Source: an uncultured Micavibrio sp.
GTDB lineage: Bacteria > Pseudomonadota > Alphaproteobacteria > Micavibrionales > Micavibrionaceae
Assembly: GCA_965230245.1 (NCBI GenBank)
Contig: OZ246000.1
Coordinates: forward strand, 1,085,054 to 1,149,053
DNA length: 64,000 nt
Reading direction: 5' to 3'
A program made the translations under genes and the position numbers. The stretch's first letter is position 1; every line of letters begins with the position of its first letter. The notes under the pieces are model-generated. The model was not told the origin of the DNA and made no database searches. It saw nothing but the letters and a program-made list of their open reading frames with translations. Positions 36,744-47,177 of this stretch are shown in pieces.

Positions 36744-38111
36744 CTACAGAATAAATTTACTCAGGTCTGCACTCTTCACCAATTCCTCAACGCGTTCACG
36801 AACATATTCCGCAGTAATGGTGATGGTCTCGCCGCCCCTATCACTTGCCGTAAAGCTAATTTCTTCGAGCAAACGCTCCATCACTGTATGTAAACGCCGC
36901 GCGCCGATATTCTCGACATTCTCGTTAATTTCGAAAGCCAGACGGGCAATCTCATTAATCGCCTCTTCTTCAAACGTCAACGTGACGTTTTCCGTGCCGA
37001 TCAACGCCTCATATTGCATGATAAGGCTGGCCTCGGTTTCTTTCAAAATGCGCTGAAAATCCTCCTGCGTCAGGGCGCGCAACTCAACACGTATAGGTAG
37101 ACGCCCCTGCAATTCCGCTAACAAATCAGAGGGCTTGGCGTAATGAAACGCGCCGCTGGCAATAAACAACATGTGGTCGGTCTTCACAGGACCGTGCTTT
37201 GTTGTAACCGTTGTCCCCTCGATCAACGGAAGCAAATCACGCTGAACGCCTTCTCTTGAAACATCCCCGCCGCGAACATCCTGACGCGCAGCAATCTTAT
37301 CAACCTCGTCAATAAAAATAATGCCGCTCTGCTGAACAAGCTCCAACGCCGCACCGACAACCTTATCCTCATCGAGAAGTTTATCGGACTCTTCCTCGAT
37401 TAAGACCTCGTAACTATCCTCAACCGTCATCTTCTTGCGCTTCTTGCGCTCACCGAAGGCCTTACCGAACAGGTCATTCATATTGATCATGCCCATGGAT
37501 GCGCCGGGCATACCCGGAATATCCATCATCCCACCCATTGGATTACTGCTGTCACGCACGTCCAGCTCAATCTCACGGGTATTCAACTCACCCTTACGGA
37601 GCTTTTCACGGAAACTCTTGCGTGTACCCTCAGCCGCCGTCTGCCCGACCAATGCATCCAGAACGCGCTCCTCGGCGTACACCTCGGCCTGCGCCATAAC
37701 AGACTTACGCATATTTTCCTGCGTCATACGAATGGCGATCTCCGTCAGATCACGGATAATTGCCTCGACATCCTTACCGACATAACCGACCTCGGTAAAT
37801 TTCGTGGCCTCGACTTTTATAAAAGGCGCCTGTGCAAGCTTCGCCAAACGTCTTGCAATCTCCGTCTTACCGACACCCGTGGGCCCGATCATAAGAATAT
37901 TTTTGGGATAGACCTCTTCCTGTAAAGCAGGGTCAAGCTGGCTTCGCCGCCATCGATTTCTCAGAGCGATAGAAACGGCGCGCTTCGCATCGCCCTGCCC
38001 GATAATAAAACGGTCAAGCTCCGAGACGATCTCGCGCGGAGAAAAAGAAGAAACGATGGATTTTTCTGATGAACTTAATTTTTGACTCATAGCGGCTTGG
38101 GCTTCTGGCAT
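36744..38111 (-). CDS. hslU: ATP-dependent protease ATPase subunit HslU
   Basis: [41 protein letters not shown]-terminal LSKFIL. The start is taken at MPEAQ (38111) or MSQKL (38090); the track start is 38210. Confidence 0.95.
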   Translation of the reverse strand: MPEAQAAMSQKLSSSEKSIVSSFSPREIVSELDRFIIGQGDAKRAVSIALRNRWRRSQLDPALQEEVYPKNILMIGPTGVGKTEIARRLAKLAQAPFIKVEATKFTEVGYVGKDVEAIIRDLTEIAIRMTQENMRKSVMAQAEVYAEERVLDALVGQTAAEGTRKSFREKLRKGELNTREIELDVRDSSNPMGGMMDIPGMPGASMGMINMNDLFGKAFGERKKRKKMTVEDSYEVLIEEESDKLLDEDKVVGAALELVQQSGIIFIDEVDKIAARQDVRGGDVSREGVQRDLLPLIEGTTVTTKHGPVKTDHMLFIASGAFHYAKPSDLLAELQGRLPIRVELRALTQEDFQRILKETEASLIMQYEALIGTENVTLTFEEEAINEIARLAFEINENVENIGARRLHTVMERLLEEISFTASDRGGETITITAEYVRERVEELVKSADLSKFIL

Positions 38112-38437
38112 AGCTACAGATAAATGCTCTTTGTTAACGATGAGATATCTTTTCGCATACCTTCTTACTGAAAAACAAGGATCAAAGAAAAAGAAGAGCA
38201 CCTTTTTCAAAAAAGTGAATAGAAATTAGGCCTAAAGGAAATAAACCGAATTCATCTAATATTAATATTTAAAATATAGTACACTGTGTAAACTGCTGAA
38301 CTAAAAGCTCCAATTTTGAGCTTTTACACCTTTAAAACAATTTCAATAATAAAAACCCGATTTTTGGTGACATTCCACCCCCCACAAAGTAAACATCTCC
38401 TTGAACGAAAAATAGAAGACGATAATAGAGACAAAAC

Positions 38438-39469
38438 ATGGATTTAGAATTAGCGGATTGGGGGATTTTCTTTCTTCTCGTACCATTCTTGCTCTACATA
38501 GACCTTTTTTACTTCAATAAAAACGAAGACCGCATCATTGGTTTTCGTCAAAGTCTGATTCTAAGTGCATGGTATATTGTTGCTGGTCTGGCCTTTGGTC
38601 TGCTCGTTTGGTACCACTTCGGCAGCAGCAAGGCAATGGACTACTACACCGCTTATGTCCTTGAAAAAAGCTTATCTCTCGACAATCTCTTTGTCATGTC
38701 CGTCATCTTCTCGGCATGTCATATTCCCCGTCAATACCAACACCGCGTTCTGGTCTGGGGAATTATCGGTGTAATTGTCTTGCGCGGAATTATGATCGGC
38801 CTCGGCGCAGCGGCCGTCATGAAGTTTTCATGGGTTCTCTACCTTTTTGCGGCGCTTCTGATATACACAGGCGTAAAACTGTTCTTCATCGATCAGGATG
38901 AAGAATCCGATCCTGAAAAATTCGCACAAAAACCGCTTGTCGTTTTTCTGAAGAAGAATATGCGTTTCACGACAAAAATACATGGAAACCGTTTCTTTGT
39001 GCGCGAGGACAGGCCGGACAAAAAAGATCCGAACAAAATAAACAAGGGTGTTCTGGTGGCGACCCCCCTCTTCCTCGCATTGGTAATTATCGAGATCAGC
39101 GATGTCATGTTTGCGTTCGATAGTGTTCCGGCAGCTCTTGCCGTAACGCAAGACATCTTTATCGTCTACACGAGTAACATCTTTGCCATTCTGGGCCTGC
39201 GTGCCCTCTTCTTTGCCGTAGAAAACGTCATAGACCGCTTTGAACTAATGAAATACGCGCTCTCTGCCGTCCTTGTCTTCATCGGCATGAAAGTCTTTTA
39301 CAACTCCTTCGTAGGCCACAGCGGGCGGGAAATCATGGGCATGGAGTTCACACATGTCACTTCCGCAACATCTCTGACCATCACGGTCAGTGCGCTAACG
39401 GCGGGCTTCGTCTTCTCATGGCTAAAGACAAAACATGATGAGAAAAAGTCTGAAAAATCCGGCGAATAA
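38438..39469 (+). CDS. TerC/Alx-family integral membrane protein
   Basis: 343 aa with multiple TM segments. Motifs SLSLDNLFVM and EISDVMFAFDSVPA. Confidence 0.85.
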   Translation: MDLELADWGIFFLLVPFLLYIDLFYFNKNEDRIIGFRQSLILSAWYIVAGLAFGLLVWYHFGSSKAMDYYTAYVLEKSLSLDNLFVMSVIFSACHIPRQYQHRVLVWGIIGVIVLRGIMIGLGAAAVMKFSWVLYLFAALLIYTGVKLFFIDQDEESDPEKFAQKPLVVFLKKNMRFTTKIHGNRFFVREDRPDKKDPNKINKGVLVATPLFLALVIIEISDVMFAFDSVPAALAVTQDIFIVYTSNIFAILGLRALFFAVENVIDRFELMKYALSAVLVFIGMKVFYNSFVGHSGREIMGMEFTHVTSATSLTITVSALTAGFVFSWLKTKHDEKKSEKSGE

Positions 39470-39472
39470 AAC

Positions 39473-40039
39473 CTATAAAGATTCGAGAATAATGTTCTCG
39501 TTGGTATAAACACAGATATCCGCCGCTATTTTCATTGATTTTCGGGCAATTGCTTCAGCATCCAGATTATCCTGATCGTATAAAGCCCGTGCCGCCGCCA
39601 AGGCGTAATTACCGCCCGAACCAATCCCGATCACACCGTCCTGAGGATCAACAACATCGCCGTTTCCTGTCAGGATAAGCGATGTTTCCCTATCCGCAAC
39701 GGCCATCAAGGCTTCAAGCTTACGCAGATACTTGTCCGTGCGCCAGTCCTTCGCCATTTCAACGCAAGCGCGTGTCAACTGACCGGGATGCGCCTCAAGC
39801 TTGGCTTCGAGACGCTCGAACAGAGTGAAAGCATCAGCCGTGGATCCGGCAAATCCGGCGATAATATCGTCATCTCGTCCCAAACGCCGCACTTTGCGTG
39901 CATTCGCCTTGAGAACCGTATGCCCCATGGACACCTGACCGTCACCGGCAATAACAACCTTGCCGCCCTTGCGGACGGAAACGATTGTCGTCCCCCTCCA
40001 CTTCTGCGCATTCGCATATTCATAAGCTGTATCAAACAT
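39473..40039 (-). CDS. hslV: ATP-dependent protease subunit HslV
   Basis: [43 protein letters not shown]. Confidence 0.95.
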   Translation of the reverse strand: MFDTAYEYANAQKWRGTTIVSVRKGGKVVIAGDGQVSMGHTVLKANARKVRRLGRDDDIIAGFAGSTADAFTLFERLEAKLEAHPGQLTRACVEMAKDWRTDKYLRKLEALMAVADRETSLILTGNGDVVDPQDGVIGIGSGGNYALAAARALYDQDNLDAEAIARKSMKIAADICVYTNENIILESL

Positions 40040-40188
40040 AGGTAAGATATCGGGCCTTTCGGAAATGAAGTCAAGACCATGAGAAGGCTTAAACCAAGAT
40101 AACTAAAGAAATATCAACTTCTCTCAACCATAATTTTCTATACTGTTTGCGGGTGTTTTATGCTAAACCCGCAATGGCTATATGAAAG

Positions 40189-40812
40189 ATGAAGGCGAAG
40201 AACATGCCCAAAGACAGCACAAACAACCGCACGGCAACGGTAACTCGTGAAACCAAAGAAACCAAAGTCAGCGTCACCGTAAACCTTGATGGCAACGGTG
40301 TGGCAAATATCAACACAGGAATTGGCTTCTTTGATCACATGCTCGAGCAACTCTCAAAACATTCTTTAATTGACATTAACATTGATGCAAATGGCGACCT
40401 TCATATAGATAGTCACCACACCGCCGAAGATACAGGAATCACTCTCGGACAAGCTATAAAAGAAGCGATCGGGGATAAAAAGGGCATACGCCGCTACGGA
40501 CACTTCGATCTGGTGATGGACGAGGCACGCTCCGATGTCGCGCTCGATCTCTCCAACCGCCCCTATTTGATATGGAACGTGCGTTTCACGGTTGATCGCC
40601 TCGGCGAAATGGACACCGAACTGTTTCAGGAGTTTTTCAATGCCCTCGCACAAGCAGCAGGCATAACCCTGCACTGTGAAAACAGATACGGCACAAACAA
40701 CCACCACATCATCGAAAGCCTGTTCAAAGCCTTCGCGAAGGCCTTACGCATGGCCGTCGAGACAGATCCGCGCGCAAGCGATCAGCTGCCGACAACAAAA
40801 GGCGCTCTGTAA
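40189..40812 (+). CDS. hisB: Imidazoleglycerol-phosphate dehydratase
   Basis: [45 protein letters not shown]. Confidence 0.95.
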   Translation: MKAKNMPKDSTNNRTATVTRETKETKVSVTVNLDGNGVANINTGIGFFDHMLEQLSKHSLIDINIDANGDLHIDSHHTAEDTGITLGQAIKEAIGDKKGIRRYGHFDLVMDEARSDVALDLSNRPYLIWNVRFTVDRLGEMDTELFQEFFNALAQAAGITLHCENRYGTNNHHIIESLFKAFAKALRMAVETDPRASDQLPTTKGAL

Positions 40813-40827
40813 GCCTCAAATTTTGGA

Positions 40828-40923
40828 AAATCTGGATAAATCTGGATAATGTGACGTGTGCGCATTCTGATAATGATGTGAAACCGTGAAACATTTCGCA
40901 TGAAACGGCTGTGAAACATTCAC
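40828..40923. repeat. Repeat-dense spacer: AAATCTGGAT x2 followed by four GTGAAAC/ATGAAAC copies
   Basis: AAATCTGGAT at 40828-40837 and 40838-40847. GTGAAAC at 40879, 40887 and 40911, and ATGAAAC at 40900. The terminal GTGAA-ACA-TTCAC inverted repeat is at 40911-40923. Confidence 0.75.
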
Positions 40924-41396
40924 CAAAGCCGCTTGCTGTTCCAACGATTTCCGACATTCATCGTTGCCCAGCATAACCCGCCACACAACACACCGGCTTG
41001 CAGAGCCAATGCGGAAGGATCAATCGAGACGAACCAGAAACAAAGATTACACACCATCCCTGCAACAACGCCCGTCAGGATATAATTCAGCAATGTCCCG
41101 ACTTTATGCTGCTCCATGAGCATCATCGCCGGAAAACCGATACAAAACATCAGCAAATATGCCATAGCCGTACCACCGAACAAGAGGGCTCCAAGCCCTG
41201 TAACGGTAAGCAAGCGTTCATCAATAAACGTAATAAGTGAAAGCGACTCCAGCAACATCGCTTGAAGTAGAATTCCTGCAGCAGGCACTATAAAACACGC
41301 AATCCCGATGCGATTCATACGACTTATTTCCGTTAAACGCTTTTTTTCACGTTTTTCGAAATCATCTTCTGGATCTTGCTCAGGACTCAAAGTCAT
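40920..41396 (-). CDS. Hypothetical integral membrane protein (about 4 TM)
   Basis: 158 aa with a charged N-terminus followed by four hydrophobic segments. Confidence 0.5.
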   Translation of the reverse strand: MTLSPEQDPEDDFEKREKKRLTEISRMNRIGIACFIVPAAGILLQAMLLESLSLITFIDERLLTVTGLGALLFGGTAMAYLLMFCIGFPAMMLMEQHKVGTLLNYILTGVVAGMVCNLCFWFVSIDPSALALQAGVLCGGLCWATMNVGNRWNSKRLW

Positions 41397-41455
41397 AAAA
41401 AGATACTAAGCCAAAACAAAGGGATATGTCAGCGTTAATTTACAAACGCGGCAAA

Positions 41456-42757
41456 CTAGATTTTTCGCTTACGCAGGACATCTCCATGCGCGGGAAACCC
41501 CTCATAATCGGTCATCGTAATAACATCATCTTTAAGCGCCTGAAATCCCTCGCGATCACAGCGGGAAATAGACGTACGCTTAAGAAAATCCCAAACGGAT
41601 GTGCAGGAAAAACTGTGTGCCCAGCCGCCGGTCGGCAGAACGTGGTTAACGCCGATACCGTAATTCCCAAGCGAGGAGGGCGTATATTCACCGATTAGCA
41701 CTTCGCCCGCATGTTCAATTTTATCAAGGACTTGCTCAGCATTCTCGACTTTAAGATGTAAGTGTTCAGGAGCGTACGCATTGGAAAATTCCAGCGATTG
41801 CTCAAGACTTTCCGTCAAAACAATACCGCCGTAATCACGCATAACATGCGTACAGATATCTTTATGCGGCTGGGGCAGGGTGTCTATAACATTTTGCATG
41901 TTATCACGCACGTACACCGCCAGTTTTTCGTCATGCGTAACAAGAAGGGCGGCTGAATCCTTCCCGTGCTCGGCCTCATTCAAAATATCATAAATCGTAT
42001 TGCCAGGATCGGCGCTCCCATCGGCAAGAATGATAGATTCCGAGGGGCCCGCCGGCATCCCCGGATCCATTACATCGGAAAGAATACGTTTTGCAGCCGC
42101 AACATAAGGGCTGCCCGGCCCCAAAACCTTGCGCACGCGCGGAACAGTTTCCGTCCCGTAAGCCAGCGCTGCAATCGCCTGCGCCCCGCCGCACTTATAG
42201 ACCGTCTCTACACCGCATAACCTTGCGGTATAAAGCGTCGCATCATCCGTCTTACCCTCGGGAGTCGGCGGGCTGACTATCGCAATCGTTTTCACACCTG
42301 CAATCACCGCAGGGATAGCCAACATATAAAGCGCAGAAGGAAACGCACCCTTCCCGCGCGGAACATATAAACCGACCGATTCAAGCGCAGCCACCTGCTC
42401 ACCCGCCCAGACTCCCGGCTCGATCTCAACCATCCAGCGATCTTCAACACGCCGCATCTGCTCTTCATGAAACTTGCGAACATTCCCCGCACAACGCTTG
42501 ATCGCAGCCTTCAATCCATCATCCAGATTTTTCTCGGCGGCCTCGAATTCCTCTTCCGTCGCGGCAATCGACGCAATATCCGCTTTCTCGAATGTCTTCG
42601 CACAGTCAATCAATGCTGCATCACCACGCACCCGCACATCATCGATAATCGGCTGAACCTGTTTGATAACCGCATCGATATCGGCCTGCGCACGCTTAAG
42701 AATACGAGCCTTTATCGCGTCTTCGGTCTCATTCCATCTGTAAAAAGAAATTGTCAT
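41456..42757 (-). CDS. hisD: Histidinol dehydrogenase
   Basis: PRGKGAFPSALYM, GGAQAIAALAYGT, GPGSPYVAAAKR, AEHGKDS, YAPEHL, GDY..G.NHVLPT-like block. The start is taken at MTISF (42757); the track start is 42841. Confidence 0.93.
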   Translation of the reverse strand: MTISFYRWNETEDAIKARILKRAQADIDAVIKQVQPIIDDVRVRGDAALIDCAKTFEKADIASIAATEEEFEAAEKNLDDGLKAAIKRCAGNVRKFHEEQMRRVEDRWMVEIEPGVWAGEQVAALESVGLYVPRGKGAFPSALYMLAIPAVIAGVKTIAIVSPPTPEGKTDDATLYTARLCGVETVYKCGGAQAIAALAYGTETVPRVRKVLGPGSPYVAAAKRILSDVMDPGMPAGPSESIILADGSADPGNTIYDILNEAEHGKDSAALLVTHDEKLAVYVRDNMQNVIDTLPQPHKDICTHVMRDYGGIVLTESLEQSLEFSNAYAPEHLHLKVENAEQVLDKIEHAGEVLIGEYTPSSLGNYGIGVNHVLPTGGWAHSFSCTSVWDFLKRTSISRCDREGFQALKDDVITMTDYEGFPAHGDVLRKRKI

Positions 42758-42834
42758 TTTGTATTTCCGACTAAATGCTTTATGTATTTGATCTTTCCGT
42801 CGACAATGCAACGACATACTACGAAAAACACGCA

Positions 42835-43506
42835 ATGGCAAAAGAATCTGTAATTATCATCGACTATGGCTCCGGCAATCTGCGCTCCGCGGAAAAATCC
42901 TTTGAACACGTCGGCAAAAACGAAGCCAGAGACATTAAAGTCAAAGTTTCGGACAAACCCGAAGACGTCCTCAACGCCGACCGGATTGTGCTGCCGGGGC
43001 AGGGCGCTTTCGGTGACTGTATGAAGGGACTGGTAGCGATCGACGGCATGGTCGAAGCCTTGACGGAAAGCGTCTTGAAAAAGGGAACGCCATTCCTCGG
43101 CATTTGCGTCGGCATGCAACTTCTGGCATCTCGCGGCCTTGAACATGGCGCACATGCGGGCCTTGACTGGATCGAAGGCGAAGTCGTACCGATTAAGACA
43201 GATGACAAGTCCCTGAAGATCCCGCATATGGGCTGGAACGAGCTTGCATTTCCCTCCGCCAGCGTACAGCAAGACAACCGTCACTTTGTGCTGCGCAACA
43301 TAGATTCTTCAGATAATTTCTACTTTGTTCACTCTTTTGTGTTTCAATGTAAATTAAACCATCACGTCCTGGCATACACCGAATACGGAGGCCTTTTAAC
43401 GGCTGTCGTCGGGCGGGACAATATGGTGGGTGTACAGTTTCACCCGGAAAAAAGCCAGAACGCAGGCCTGAGATTAATCTCGAATTTCCTCGACTGGCAA
43501 CCTTAG
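42835..43506 (+). CDS. hisH: Imidazole glycerol phosphate synthase, glutamine amidotransferase subunit
   Basis: IIIDYGSGNLRS, LPGQGAFGD, GICVGMQLL, HMGWN, YFVHSF, VQFHPEKS. The start is taken at MAKESV (42835). Confidence 0.93.
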   Translation: MAKESVIIIDYGSGNLRSAEKSFEHVGKNEARDIKVKVSDKPEDVLNADRIVLPGQGAFGDCMKGLVAIDGMVEALTESVLKKGTPFLGICVGMQLLASRGLEHGAHAGLDWIEGEVVPIKTDDKSLKIPHMGWNELAFPSASVQQDNRHFVLRNIDSSDNFYFVHSFVFQCKLNHHVLAYTEYGGLLTAVVGRDNMVGVQFHPEKSQNAGLRLISNFLDWQP

Positions 43507-43563
43507 GCGCTCTTTTGACGAATACCGTAATAGGGCACTTACGAACAAAAAAAGAGGCAGACC

Positions 43564-44136
43564 ATGACAGACAGCACCAGCTTTAAAACCATGACCCCCG
43601 AAGCAACCGTAGAACGCATAGAAGAACTGTCCATCGGCGATCTGAATGATCTTTGCGATGCGACCTACGCAGCAATTGAAGGTGGTGGTGGTTTCGGATG
43701 GCTGGTAGCACCGGAGCGCGATGTCCTCGAACGCTACTGGCAAGGCGTCCTCGCCATGCCGTCCCGCATTCTGTTTGTCGCACGTCTCGACGGTGTCATC
43801 TGTGGCACCTGCCAGTTGATGAAACCGCCGCCCAATAACGAAGCACAAAATTTCTCCGTTCAGCTGACCACAAACTTCGTCGCACCATGGGCGAGGGGAC
43901 ACGGACTGGCTAAAATGTTGATCGACGAAACAGAGAAAAGCGCAAAAGATGACGGATTTGCAGTCATCAATCTGGATGTCCGTGAAACAATGATTGCCGC
44001 GATCGGCTTGTATGAAAAAATGGGCTATACCCGCATCGGCACGCACCCGTATTATGCTCGCGTAGACGGTAAGGTGTTGAAAGGATACTATTACTACAAA
44101 GTGGTTGACCCCAAAGCTGTAGAGCAGGAGCCTTAG
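43564..44136 (+). CDS. GNAT-family N-acetyltransferase
   Basis: VAPWARGHGLAKMLIDETEKSAKDDGFAVINLDV...AIGLYEKMGYTRIG (acetyl-CoA binding motif A region). Confidence 0.8.
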   Translation: MTDSTSFKTMTPEATVERIEELSIGDLNDLCDATYAAIEGGGGFGWLVAPERDVLERYWQGVLAMPSRILFVARLDGVICGTCQLMKPPPNNEAQNFSVQLTTNFVAPWARGHGLAKMLIDETEKSAKDDGFAVINLDVRETMIAAIGLYEKMGYTRIGTHPYYARVDGKVLKGYYYYKVVDPKAVEQEP

Positions 44137-44191
44137 ACATAGGGCAAATCCGCTCTTGTCTTGGTGTTTCGCTTCGACTATACCCTATTCC

Positions 44192-44950
44192 ATGATTATT
44201 TATCCCGCGATTGACCTCAAAGGTGGAAAATGCGTGCGCCTGTATAAAGGCGACATGGATCAGGACACCGTCTACAACGATAGCCCCGCCGCTCAGGCAC
44301 ATGAATGGGCGCGCTCTGGCTTTTCTTGGATTCACATCGTCGATCTTGACGGCGCGGTACAAGGCAAGCCCGTAAACGCAGAAGCCGTACGAAGCATTAT
44401 TGATGCCGTTGATATCCCCGTACAACTCGGCGGCGGCATCCGCACGTTAGAACAAATTAAATACTGGCTTTCAGAAGGCGTAAGCCGTGTAATTCTAGGG
44501 ACCATAGCCGTCCGTAACCCTGAACTCGTTAAAAAAGCCTGCAATCTCTTCCCCGGACAAATTGTCGTTGGCATCGATGCCAGAAAAGGCAAAGTCGCCG
44601 TTGAAGGCTGGGTCGAAGAATCCGATATGGACGTGGTGGATCTGGCCGCCAAATTCGAAGACGCTGGCGTATCCTGTATCATCTACACCGATATTGACCG
44701 TGACGGAACAGGCGAAGGCATCAATATGGACTCAACCATACGCCTTGCTAAAAACACAAACATCCCTGTGATTGCTTCTGGTGGTGTCGGCGCTCTGGAA
44801 GACCTCGTAAAGGTTAAGCAAGCCGCATCACACGGTATACAGGGGGTTATTGTCGGAAAAGCGCTTTACGAAAAGAAATTTACCCCCGAAGAAGCACTCC
44901 AAACATCCGTTGAAACACCATTGATTATGCCTTCTGCAAACGAAGCCTAA
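44192..44950 (+). CDS. hisA: ProFAR isomerase
   Basis: IIYPAIDLKGGKCVRL, HIVDLDGA, VQLGGGIR, DIDRDGT, ASGGV. The start is taken at MIIYPA (44192). Confidence 0.93.
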   Translation: MIIYPAIDLKGGKCVRLYKGDMDQDTVYNDSPAAQAHEWARSGFSWIHIVDLDGAVQGKPVNAEAVRSIIDAVDIPVQLGGGIRTLEQIKYWLSEGVSRVILGTIAVRNPELVKKACNLFPGQIVVGIDARKGKVAVEGWVEESDMDVVDLAAKFEDAGVSCIIYTDIDRDGTGEGINMDSTIRLAKNTNIPVIASGGVGALEDLVKVKQAASHGIQGVIVGKALYEKKFTPEEALQTSVETPLIMPSANEA

Positions 44951-45039
44951 ATTCTGCAGAAATTCTCAAAACCTATACAATCTGGGTTTTTCATGGTAAT
45001 CAGCCATCTTAGATAAACCTGAAGAACGGAAAAGATATC

Positions 45040-45798
45040 GTGCTGAAAACCCGCATTATCCCATGTCTCGACGTAAATGAAGGCCGTGTCGTCAAAGGCG
45101 TAAACTTTGTCGACCTCATTGATGCCGGCGATCCCGTCGAACAGGCAAAAATCTATGACGAGCAAGGCGCAGACGAGCTCTGCTTTCTCGACATCACCGC
45201 AACCAGTGACAACCGTGAAACAATATTTGATGTTGTTAGGCACACGGCAGAGCAAGTCTTCATCCCGATCACAGTAGGAGGCGGTGTACGTACACTCAAC
45301 GATATCCGGAAACTATTAGAAGCAGGCGCTGATAAAATCGGCATCAACTCGGCCGCCGTCAAGAATCCTGAGTTTGTAAAGGAAGCATCCGAGAAGTGCG
45401 GCAGCCAGTGTATTGTTGTCGCCATCGATGCCAAAGCAAAAAAAGACGGTAAGGGCTGGGAAATTTACACGCATGGCGGGCGCAAATCAACGGGCATAGA
45501 CGCTATCGAATGGGCAGAAAAAATGGCGGAATACGGCGCTGGTGAAATTCTTCTTACATCCATGGATAAGGACGGAACCAAGAGTGGCTTTGACTTAACA
45601 CTAACACGTACAGTCGCTGATGCCGTACCTATTCCAGTGATTGCCTCAGGCGGCGTAGGAAAACTTTCCCACCTCGTAGAAGGCGTACAGCAAGGCAATG
45701 CCTCCGCTGTACTCGCCGCCTCTATTTTCCATTTTGGTGAACACACAATTGCCGAAGCCAAGGCCGAAATGAAAAAGGCAGGAATCCCCGTACGATGA
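45040..45798 (+). CDS. hisF: Imidazole glycerol phosphate synthase, cyclase subunit
   Basis: [51 protein letters not shown] start. Confidence 0.95.
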   Translation: MLKTRIIPCLDVNEGRVVKGVNFVDLIDAGDPVEQAKIYDEQGADELCFLDITATSDNRETIFDVVRHTAEQVFIPITVGGGVRTLNDIRKLLEAGADKIGINSAAVKNPEFVKEASEKCGSQCIVVAIDAKAKKDGKGWEIYTHGGRKSTGIDAIEWAEKMAEYGAGEILLTSMDKDGTKSGFDLTLTRTVADAVPIPVIASGGVGKLSHLVEGVQQGNASAVLAASIFHFGEHTIAEAKAEMKKAGIPVR

Positions 45799-46136
45799 GC
45801 CAGAATATTATCAACCAACTCTACGATGTTCTTTTGGAGCGTAAAAATGCGGCCCCTGAGGACTCCTATGTCTCCAGCTTGTATGCCAAAGGCTCAAAGA
45901 AAATAGCCTCCAAGATAGAAGAGGAATCAGGCGAAATGATTGCTGAAGCCCTCCTCCTTGATAGTGATGCGAACAATGAAGATCTCAGAAAAACCCTCAC
46001 CTCGGAAAGCGCAGACCTGCTCTTTCATATGCTGGTCATGCTTGCACACCATAATATACACCCCGATGATGTGCTTGCAGTCCTTGAAAAACGCTTTGGA
46101 ACAAGTGGTCACGAAGAAAAAGCCAGCCGCAGATAA
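45795..46136 (+). CDS. hisE: Phosphoribosyl-ATP pyrophosphatase
   Basis: [27 protein letters not shown]...[18 protein letters not shown] overlap with hisF. Confidence 0.9.
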   Translation: MSQNIINQLYDVLLERKNAAPEDSYVSSLYAKGSKKIASKIEEESGEMIAEALLLDSDANNEDLRKTLTSESADLLFHMLVMLAHHNIHPDDVLAVLEKRFGTSGHEEKASRR

Positions 46137-46179
46137 CGACTGGCCTTTAATTTCAAACCGTGAATCTATAAGCTAAAAA

Positions 46180-47175
46180 CTACCCGCTTTGACGGCTACC
46201 GGGGTAATGCGCCAAACGATGCAAAAGCTCATCCAGTTGGTCCAGAGATTTAAACTCGACCTTCAAGGCTCCCGAAGCACCGTCCTTCGAATCGATAGTC
46301 ACACGCATGCCAAGAATATTCGACATATCATTTTCCAGCGCCAAAGTATCAGGATCTTTTTCACGTGAAACATTTCTTGAGTCTTTTGAAGAACTTCTAG
46401 GGCGTTCTTGACGTTCGCGCCCACTTGTATCGGCGGCCAACTTCTCTGCCTGACGAACGCTCAAGCCAGCATCAATAATTTTCTTTGCCAAAACCTCTGG
46501 CTCTTCTGCCGTAATAAGCGTACGTGCATGCCCCATGGACAACTTGCCGTCACTCACAAATCCCTGCACCTTTTCAGGCAAAGAGAGCAATCTGATCATA
46601 TTCGCCACATGGGAACGACTCTTGCCAACTGATTTTGCTAATTCATCCTGTGACTGCCCGTATGTCTCTTGAAGCTTCTGATAACCTGCCGCTTCTTCAA
46701 TCGGATCCAGATCTTCGCGCTGCAAGTTTTCAATCAAAGCAACTTTAAAAGCCTCAAGATCATCCAGCTCAAGAACAATGACCGGAACCTCATGCAGCTG
46801 AGCCAACTGGGACGCACGCCATCTGCGCTCGCCGGCAATAATCTCGTACCCGCCGCCATCTTCACGAACAAGCAAAGGTTGGAGGACGCCATGCTCTTTG
46901 ATAGACGCGGCCAACTCGCCCAAGGCTTCTTCATCGAAGTTCTTGCGCGGCTGCAAAGCGCTGACATGAATCTGGTCAATCCCGACTTTCATCGGTGCTT
47001 TATTGGTATTTTCAGCAACAGCGACTTCTGCTTGAGAAGATATGGGCGAACCCTCCGCGTTCGGGCTTTCAGTATCGAACCCCTCAGTCATATCATCTTC
47101 GTCATCTTCAAAAAGAGCGTTCAAACCACGCCCTAAACCACGACTTTTAGGATCAAGTTCGTCAATATCACTCAT
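46180..47175 (-). CDS. parB: Chromosome partitioning protein ParB
   Basis: LGRGLNALF, QPRKNFDEE.L.ELA.SI...G.LQPLLVR, IIAGERRWRAS, HTH block LAKSVGKSRSHVANMIRLL. Confidence 0.95.
   Translation of the reverse strand: MSDIDELDPKSRGLGRGLNALFEDDEDDMTEGFDTESPNAEGSPISSQAEVAVAENTNKAPMKVGIDQIHVSALQPRKNFDEEALGELAASIKEHGVLQPLLVREDGGGYEIIAGERRWRASQLAQLHEVPVIVLELDDLEAFKVALIENLQREDLDPIEEAAGYQKLQETYGQSQDELAKSVGKSRSHVANMIRLLSLPEKVQGFVSDGKLSMGHARTLITAEEPEVLAKKIIDAGLSVRQAEKLAADTSGRERQERPRSSSKDSRNVSREKDPDTLALENDMSNILGMRVTIDSKDGASGALKVEFKSLDQLDELLHRLAHYPGSRQSG
46357..46372. other. parS-like site inside parB
   Basis: TTTTTCACGTGAAACA matches the canonical parS TGTTNCACGTGAAACA at 15 of 16 positions. Confidence 0.7.
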
Positions 47176-47177
47176 GC

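Noticed and set aside
38211-38437. yybP-ykoY (Mn2+) riboswitch upstream of the TerC gene
   Set aside because: TerC genes are often preceded by this riboswitch. The leader here is AT-rich and lacks the conserved GGGGAGUAG and GAGA-type core segments, and only a simple symmetric hairpin (38303-38325) is seen.
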